Assembly: GCA_963709345.1 (NCBI GenBank)
Contig: CAVPVX010000005.1
Span: 1 to 50,076 of the forward strand
Direction: 5' to 3'
Length of the DNA: 50,076 nt
Origin: an uncultured Actinomycetes bacterium
Lineage (GTDB): Bacteria > Actinomycetota > Thermoleophilia > UBA2241
Every line of letters begins with the position of its first letter. The stretch's first letter is position 1. The notes under the pieces were generated by a model that worked only from the letters and a program-made list of their open reading frames with translations, did not search any database and was not told the origin of the DNA. The position numbers were made by a program, and so were the translations under genes. Shown here piece by piece: positions 10,915 through 16,304 of the stretch.

Positions 10915-11086
10915 GGCGCGACACTATCGCGCCGGTCGGAGGGAATCTGCGCCCGGCCGACTCGCGCCGGCCGCTCTCGCTTCCGCGCCTCGTGGGGGAA
11001 AGGCAGTCTGCCTTTCGCGCACCTTCAGGCTCGTGATAGCGTCATATGCAGAAAGCGGGAGTCTGTGTCGATGACAAGCACAGACT

Positions 11087-11104
11087 GTCTAATTGTTGTT
11101 AGCC
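11087..11104 (+). other. attI-like site at the start of the cassette array
   Basis: GTCTAAT-TGTT-GTTAGCC is an imperfect L box plus an R box. GTTAGCC is the exact complement of GGCTAAC (R'') at the end of cassette 1. No attC hairpin precedes it. Confidence 0.5.
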
Positions 11105-11191
11105 CCAACACCCCCATCGTCATCTGTGAGCCGCTGGCCCGCGGCGGTACAATGAAGGCACTTGCTTGGGCCACCGGGAGGTGTGACGCGA

Positions 11192-11416
11192 ATGACCATC
11201 GACGAGTTGCGCCGCGAGGCCCTCGGCCTCGACCTCTCCAGTCGTGCCCGTCTCGCGCACGAGCTGATCAACAGCCTCGATGACCTCTCCGAAGCCGAGA
11301 TCGAGCAGCTCTGGCTCGAGGAGTCGCAGCGGCGCCTCGAAGAGGTCGCGTCCGGCGCCGTCGAGACCGTGAGCGCCGAAGAGGCCCTGGCCAAGGCGCG
11401 CGCCGCTCGCCGATGA
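11192..11416 (+). CDS. Putative addiction-module antitoxin (TIGR02574-like)
   Basis: EALGLDLSSRARLAHELINSLD..W..E..RRLEE..SG. GGAGG RBS, a TACAAT -10 at 11148-11153, and an ATGA overlap with the toxin. Confidence 0.8.
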   Translation: MTIDELRREALGLDLSSRARLAHELINSLDDLSEAEIEQLWLEESQRRLEEVASGAVETVSAEEALAKARAARR

Positions 11417-11709
11417 GCCGCTCTCTGCGGCTCCACCCGGCAGCCCAGCGTGAACTCGACGAGTCAGCTGCCTACTACGACGCCGAGAGCCCGGGCCTCG
11501 GCAGCGCCTTCCTCAGCGAGTTCGAGCACGCGCTGCAGCAGATCCGTGCGTTTCCCGAGGCGGCGCCCGTGGGCCTCGGGTCGGTGCGCGTCCGCGTCCT
11601 TGTAGCGTTTCCCTACTCGCTGCACTACGCGCTGCTCGGCGACGCCGTCCTCGTGCTCTCCCTGGCGCACCACAGCAGGCGACCTTTCTACTGGCGTGAT
11701 AGGCAGTAG
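11413..11709 (+). CDS. RelE/ParE-family toxin
   Basis: LHPAAQREL.E...YYD...PGLG..F, FPYSL.Y and LAHHSRRP.YWR.R; paired with the upstream antitoxin. Confidence 0.85.
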   Translation: MSRSLRLHPAAQRELDESAAYYDAESPGLGSAFLSEFEHALQQIRAFPEAAPVGLGSVRVRVLVAFPYSLHYALLGDAVLVLSLAHHSRRPFYWRDRQ

Positions 11710-11719
11710 GCCGGTGGGT

Positions 11720-11809
11720 GGCTAACAAGCGGATCAAGCTGGCTCGCCGCAGCGCCGGCGGCTTCAAGGGAAGCCGCGGCGCTCGCAGCCTATCCGCGGT
11801 GCGTTGACT
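11720..11809 (+). other. attC site 1 (90 bp)
   Basis: R'' GGCTAAC, then AAGCG, L'' GATCAAGC with an extra C, a central GCGGCTTC/GAAGCCGC hairpin, L' GCCTATC and R' GTTGACT. Confidence 0.8.
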
Positions 11810-11855
11810 AGGTTCAGTCCCCCAGCGTTCGCTGTTGCCGGTACGTGGTGAGGAG

Positions 11856-11885
11856 CGTACACTCTTCTGTACAGTAACCTGTACC
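11856..11885 (+). promoter_or_regulatory. Phd/YefM-type operator with overlapping -10
   Basis: CGTACA (11856), TGTACA (11868) and TGTACC (11880) occur at exact 12-bp spacing upstream of the antitoxin RBS. TACACT lies at 11858-11863. Confidence 0.65.
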
Positions 11886-11896
11886 AGGAGGCCGTG

Positions 11897-12175
11897 ATGC
11901 AGCCCCTCAGGCTCGATGAGGATATCCGCCCACTGTCCGAGTTCCGCGCCGGCGTCGCTGGCTTCGTGCGCCGCGTCAGCGAGACCCGCCGCCCGCTGCT
12001 GCTTACCCAGCACGGCCGCGGCGTCGCCGTGCTCGTCGACGTGCGCGAGTTCGAGGCGATGCGCGAGCGCCTGGCCCTGTTCGAGGACGTCACCGCCGCC
12101 GAGGCCGACGTCGCCGCCGGGCGCCTCACGTCCCACGACGAGGCCAGGGCCCGCGTCCTTGGGGACCTCGGGTAG
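11897..12175 (+). CDS. Phd/YefM-family antitoxin
   Basis: DIRPLSEFRA..RRPLLLTQHGRGVAVL. AGGAGG RBS. Confidence 0.85.
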   Translation: MQPLRLDEDIRPLSEFRAGVAGFVRRVSETRRPLLLTQHGRGVAVLVDVREFEAMRERLALFEDVTAAEADVAAGRLTSHDEARARVLGDLG

Positions 12176-13008
12176 TGAGGCTCGCCTGGACCGACCGGGC
12201 GCTCGGGCGCGTGCGCGAGACGGCGCGCCATATCGCCGCCGACGATCCCGCCGCCGCGGTGCGCTGGGCGGAGGGACTCTTCGACGCGGTCGGGCGTCTC
12301 GCCGACTTCCCCGAAAGCGGGCGCCTCGCGCCGGAACTCGAGGACCGAGGCGTGCGCGAGCTCGTCTACGGCGCCTACCGCGTCTTCTACCGCATCGACG
12401 CAGGCACGGTCCTCATCCTCACCGTCAGGCACGCAAGCCAACTGGTCCGCGAGGACGAGGTCGATCAAGGACGAGCCGAACAAGCCATTCCAGCGGACGC
12501 GCTGAATTCAGACGTTGGATGGAAGGCAAGGGTTTCGATGCAGCAAGTCGTCAGTGTCGAGTCGCTATGGTCCGCATTTCTGTCAGCGCACCCGGAACTC
12601 GTCAGTCAGGACGACGTCTACTCGGCGTGGCACTTCTGCGACAACAAGTCAGACGCTGAGGAGTTGGCGCAGCTTGTCGTTGCCGGGGTCAAGCGCGCTA
12701 CCGCCGGCGACCTGTGGTCATATGAGGCAGAAGGGGAGCCACTTCCACGGCCGGGCGATTTCAGCGTGATCACCGATTGGGACGGCAACGCGCGCTGCAT
12801 CATCCGCACCGTGTCAGTCGAGGTCGTCGCATTCCAAGATGTGAGCGACCTTTTCGCTTCAACGGAGGGTGAGGGCGACGGGTCGCTCGCGTACTGGCGC
12901 GAGGCGCATTGGGCGGCGTTCAGCCGCTCGCTTTCGGGAATCGGTCGTGAGCCTTCACTGGACATGCCGGTCGTGTGCGAGGTCTTCGAGGTCGTCTTCG
13001 CGGGGTGA
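12175..13008 (+). CDS. RelE/ParE toxin (to ~12470) reading in frame through attC2 into the ASCH domain
   Basis: MRLAWT..A, LADFPESGR.APE, RELVYGAYRVFYR and ILTVRHA, with no stop before the ASCH region. Confidence 0.7.
   Translation: MRLAWTDRALGRVRETARHIAADDPAAAVRWAEGLFDAVGRLADFPESGRLAPELEDRGVRELVYGAYRVFYRIDAGTVLILTVRHASQLVREDEVDQGRAEQAIPADALNSDVGWKARVSMQQVVSVESLWSAFLSAHPELVSQDDVYSAWHFCDNKSDAEELAQLVVAGVKRATAGDLWSYEAEGEPLPRPGDFSVITDWDGNARCIIRTVSVEVVAFQDVSDLFASTEGEGDGSLAYWREAHWAAFSRSLSGIGREPSLDMPVVCEVFEVVFAG
12475..12520 (+). other. attC site 2 (46 bp, minimal)
   Basis: GCCGAAC AAGCC ATTCCAGCG GACG CGCTGAAT TCAGAC GTTGGAT matches the canonical R''-5bp-L''(extra C)..L'-6bp-R' layout. Confidence 0.8.
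12538..13008 (+). CDS. ASCH domain protein (own ATG within cassette 3)
   Basis: AWHFCD..A.ELAQLV.AG.KRAT, GD.SVITDWDG..RCII.T, EGEGDGSL.YWR.AH and VVCE.FEVV. Confidence 0.8.
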   Translation: MQQVVSVESLWSAFLSAHPELVSQDDVYSAWHFCDNKSDAEELAQLVVAGVKRATAGDLWSYEAEGEPLPRPGDFSVITDWDGNARCIIRTVSVEVVAFQDVSDLFASTEGEGDGSLAYWREAHWAAFSRSLSGIGREPSLDMPVVCEVFEVVFAG

Positions 13009-13063
13009 TGATTCGCAACCGCCGACGTGCTGCGAGATTCCGGGACGCAACTTGGCCGGTCCC

Positions 13064-13150
13064 ATCCAGCAAGCGCATCGAGCTGAAGGCGTCAGGCCAG
13101 AATCATCCCGAAGCGCATGTGCCGCAGCTCACGCGCAAAACACGCTAGCT
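13064..13150 (+). other. attC site 3 (variant core AGC/GCT)
   Basis: ATCCAGC AAGCG CATCGAGCTG .. CAGCTCACGCGC AAAACAC GCTAGCT. CCATCCAGC complements the cassette start GTTGGATGG (12514) at 8 of 9 positions. Confidence 0.7.
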
Positions 13151-13173
13151 GGAAGGGGAATCCGCCGGCCACC

Positions 13174-13476
13174 GCCGCGACAGCTAGCAGGCGAGAGGCG
13201 CCGCGGGTCGTCCCCGGCAAGTTGCCAAGAAGGTTGCTGATTCTGCAGGAGACTGCAGGCTCGAACAGGCTCTCGGCGCCGGCGGACTGTCGCCAAACGA
13301 CCCCAAATCACCCTCGAAGTACCCCGATCGGCACCCCAGGCTGCGGATTTAGGAAACCTGTGCTCTATCCACTGAGCTACGAGGGCATTGTGCCGATTTG
13401 CAGGGATTTCTCCGCTGCGGCACTTCGGCAAGAATACCACGAGTTGCGAAGAAGTTGCTGAAATCTGCAGGAAACG
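13174..13476. repeat. attP-like integration site, copy 2
   Basis: Homologous to 9033-9320. A ~30-bp direct repeat AGTTGCNAAGAAG(G)TTGCTGA(A)WTCTGCAGG lies at 13220-13249 and 13442-13471, on both sides of the tRNA half. Confidence 0.7.
13348..13386 (-). pseudogene. 5' half of tRNA-Arg(CCT), att core, copy 2
   Basis: The minus strand reads GCCCTCGTAGCTCAGTGGATAGAGCACAGGTTTCCTAAA, and similarity to tRNA stops right after the anticodon loop. Confidence 0.8.
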
Positions 13477-14263
13477 CCTCGCCAGCAAGCCCGTGCTTCC
13501 ACAGATAGGCGATGCTGGCCAGCGCCGTTCCAACCTCGCCATGTTCAAGGATTACCGTAGCCTCCGCTCTTCTGGCAACGGTAAGCACGGTGAGGGCGTC
13601 GACGATCCCGTCACCGAGGCAGCGATGAGGATCTCGCTCCTCGGTTGGGCCGGCGTTGCTATGCAGATGAACGTGCACGAGCCTCGCTCGAGGATTCGTC
13701 AGGAACGGGTCCAGAGTGCCGCAGATGGCAGCATGACCCGTGTCGAGCACCAACCCGATCTCGCCGAGGTCGAGGTCTCCAGGTGCGGTGAACCTCCATG
13801 CAGCGCCCGTCGTCATGTTCTCGACCGCCACCTGCACGCCACTCGACGCCTGGACTTCCTCCAGGTCACGCAGGCTTCGCTCAAGCGCTCGCCGCCCCGC
13901 GACACATGGAACGCCCTGTGATCCTCGGTCAGGATGCACGACGTAGCATTGAGCGCCGATCGCAGCAGCTGCCTCAGCATGACGGCGATGGGCTTCAATC
14001 GTGCGATGCCTCTCCGACTCCTCGGGGCTGGCCGGGTCAAACGCGGGCCCGTAGGGACCATGGACGGTGAACGCAAGGCCACTCTCACGCGCCGCGCGAC
14101 GGTTATCGGGCGAGAGCAGCGTGTGGAGGCCGACCGCGTCGACCTCAACCAGACTGCTCCAGCGCGCAAGCAGCATCAGCGCCTCGCGTAGTTGCTTCTC
14201 AGCGTAGACCTGGCTCGGCAGTCCGATGTCGGCCGGCAGCCTCTGTCCGTCGGCGAGAGGCAT
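13349..14263 (-). CDS. Sugar phosphate isomerase/epimerase (xylose-isomerase-like TIM barrel); 3' end runs into the att repeat
   Basis: Motifs TVHGP, VVHP, VAVENM, LDTGHA, HVHLHSN..DPH..LGDG and VILE. Confidence 0.75.
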   Translation of the reverse strand: MPLADGQRLPADIGLPSQVYAEKQLREALMLLARWSSLVEVDAVGLHTLLSPDNRRAARESGLAFTVHGPYGPAFDPASPEESERHRTIEAHRRHAEAAAAIGAQCYVVHPDRGSQGVPCVAGRRALERSLRDLEEVQASSGVQVAVENMTTGAAWRFTAPGDLDLGEIGLVLDTGHAAICGTLDPFLTNPRARLVHVHLHSNAGPTEERDPHRCLGDGIVDALTVLTVARRAEATVILEHGEVGTALASIAYLWKHGLAGEAFPADFSNFFATRGILAEVPQRRNPCKSAQCPRSSVDRAQVS

Positions 14264-14308
14264 GGATTCAGGCTGCCGGCCGCCGGAGTGCTACGTCGCG
14301 CGCCTCCG

Positions 14309-14779
14309 TCAGGACGGCTTCAACGGATCATCGTGCGGCGTGCCCAGGAAGAGGCCCTTGGACGAACCCTCGGCCCTGGGCAGATCGTCAGTGATCTCGT
14401 AGTAGTCGCTCGCCTCGCTGAGCCAGATGTGGCCAGCGCCCTTGATGCCCGTGGGCGGGTCGACGCTCCCCGCCGAGATGTAGACGTACTCGTAGCCCTG
14501 AGGATCCCAGACGACGCTCGAGCCGCACTCCGAACAGAAGCCGCGTTGCACGCCCGGCGTCACGTCTTTGTCGGTGTGGTACCACTTGAGCGTGCGGCTC
14601 TCGGTGATGCTGAGGTCCTCACGCCGAGCCGATGTGTACGCGGAGAAGTTGCCGTGCGTGCGGCGGCAGTTCTCGCAGTGGCAGTAGAGGATGTCCCGAA
14701 GGGGACCGTTCACCTCATACTTGACGCCTCCGCACAGGCAACTGCCGGTGGCCTTCAGCACGCTGGATTCGGTCGACAT
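14309..14779 (-). CDS. GFA (CENP-V/Mss4-like) family protein
   Basis: GSCLCGGVKY, CHCENCRR.HG, RGFCSECGS and HIW. GGAGG RBS. Confidence 0.85.
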   Translation of the reverse strand: MSTESSVLKATGSCLCGGVKYEVNGPLRDILYCHCENCRRTHGNFSAYTSARREDLSITESRTLKWYHTDKDVTPGVQRGFCSECGSSVVWDPQGYEYVYISAGSVDPPTGIKGAGHIWLSEASDYYEITDDLPRAEGSSKGLFLGTPHDDPLKPS

Positions 14780-14845
14780 CCGTTTCCTCCTCCGGTCGAT
14801 AGCGCTTCCCTTCGCTACTGAAGTATTCGAGTCGTTTCCAGTCAG

Positions 14846-14863
14846 GTCAATGACGTGATTGAC
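14846..14863. promoter_or_regulatory. Candidate operator in the GFA/DeoR divergent promoter
   Basis: Inverted repeat GTCAAT-N6-ATTGAC in an AT-richer intergenic stretch. Confidence 0.45.
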
Positions 14864-14917
14864 TGAACATGAGTGTTTTGCTGAGTCTTCCGTCAGCACC
14901 TGAGAAGGGAAGCGATC

Positions 14918-15700
14918 ATGGAACGCAAGGAGGGGCGCGTCGTTGCGGAGGAGCGTCGGCGCCGGATCGAGGAACTGCTGAGGCGTCAGGCGGTGGCGTC
15001 CGTGTCCGACATCATGGACGCCACCGGAGCCAGCGAGGCGACCGCGCGGCGTGATCTTGCCCTGCTCGAGCGCCTCGGCCTGCTTGCCCGAACGAGAGGG
15101 GGAGCGCGGGCGGTCCAGCGCCACTCGACCCTGGAGGAGGAGTTCGAGATACGGCAGAGCCGCGATCGGCGGGAGAAGCGCCTCATCGCCCAGCGGGCGG
15201 CGACCCTCATCAAGGACGGCATGACCGTGTTCCTCACGGACGGGACCACCTCCTTCGCGCTCGCGCAATGCCTCGTTCACCGGCATCTGACCATCGTGAC
15301 GGGAGCACTGAACATCGCTCAGCTATTGGCCGGCAGTGCGGGCATCGAAGTCATCGTCATCGGGGGTCAGCTGCGTGCGACGTCCTTCGGCACGACTGGA
15401 CCCCTGTCCGTTGACACGATCCGCACCCTTCACGCCGACCTGGCCTTCGTCGCCGCGGATGGAGCCACTCTCGATGGCGGCGTCCGGGACTTCTCGCTTG
15501 AGGACGCAGCGTCCGCTCGAGCGATGAGCGAGAGCTCCTCTCAGACGATCGTGCTCGCCTCACCGGGCAAGCTTGGATTCAACGCTCGCGCGCGGGTGGT
15601 TGGCTGGCCCGAAGTCGACGCCCTCATCACAACCCGGCTCCCGAAAGCTTTCGCCGAAGGCCTTGCGAGGCAAGGCGTCCGAGTCTTGATTGCGGGTTAG
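14918..15700 (+). CDS. DeoR/GlpR-family transcriptional regulator
   Basis: ERRRRI, SEATARRDL..LE..GLL.RTRGGA, EKRLIA..AA and DGTT. Confidence 0.9.
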   Translation: MERKEGRVVAEERRRRIEELLRRQAVASVSDIMDATGASEATARRDLALLERLGLLARTRGGARAVQRHSTLEEEFEIRQSRDRREKRLIAQRAATLIKDGMTVFLTDGTTSFALAQCLVHRHLTIVTGALNIAQLLAGSAGIEVIVIGGQLRATSFGTTGPLSVDTIRTLHADLAFVAADGATLDGGVRDFSLEDAASARAMSESSSQTIVLASPGKLGFNARARVVGWPEVDALITTRLPKAFAEGLARQGVRVLIAG

Positions 15701-15773
15701 ATCGCCTGCCTGATGCTCACGGAAGCGGCAGGAATGCAGCATCAGGCGGCAGTGGAGGAGTCAGCTGGAGACA

Positions 15774-16156
15774 CTACTGACGCCTGCTTTCGAGCGAGAC
15801 GACGTTGTCGAGCACGGGCTGCGCATCCTCGGCGGCCTTCTCCTCGGCGACTTCGAGTGCCGCCCGCGTCACCTCGTCGAGCCCGGCGACTGCCTTCGCC
15901 CGCGCTGCCGTAGTGAGCCGCACGTAGTGCCTGAGCGTGGTCGCCGGGTCGGAGTGCCCGAGCCACTCCTGCGCCTGCTTGACGCCGTACTCCTCGTAGA
16001 CCCAGGTACCGAAGGGGTCGCGCAGGCCGCGGATCGGCAGGTGCGGGTCGATCCTCTGCCGCGCCACCCAGTTCCACCAGTGGCTCTTCAGGGTCGAGGG
16101 CGCCATCTGGGTGCCCTCCTTCTTGGGGACGACGCGAGCGGCCTCGTTCCACGCAC
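15774..16156 (-). pseudogene. Tyrosine integrase remnant 2 (C-terminal only; box II His changed to Arg)
   Basis: AWNEAARVVPKKEGTQMAPST..IRGLRDPFGTW..LGHSDPATTLRHY; nearly identical to the C-terminus of remnant 1. Confidence 0.75.
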
Positions 16157-16212
16157 GCCCTTCGCGAGACAGTGCTCCTTCAGAGCGGAGAGGCAGGCGG
16201 CTAGCCACCTCA

Positions 16213-16242
16213 TTGACACCCCCCCCCAAAAAAGTCTAGGTT
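16213..16242 (+). promoter_or_regulatory. Sigma70-type promoter with a homopolymer spacer
   Basis: TTGACA-N18-TAGGTT; the spacer contains C9 and A6 runs. Confidence 0.55.
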
Positions 16243-16304
16243 GGCTGGGGGGAGAACACCCACACCGAGGGGATGCTGCCGACGCGGCGGCGGGAAGTGG
16301 AGCC

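Noticed and set aside
15927-16304. N-terminal extension of the 1115-aa kinase ORF
   Set aside because: It is the antisense of integrase remnant 2 plus the promoter region; the real start is downstream.
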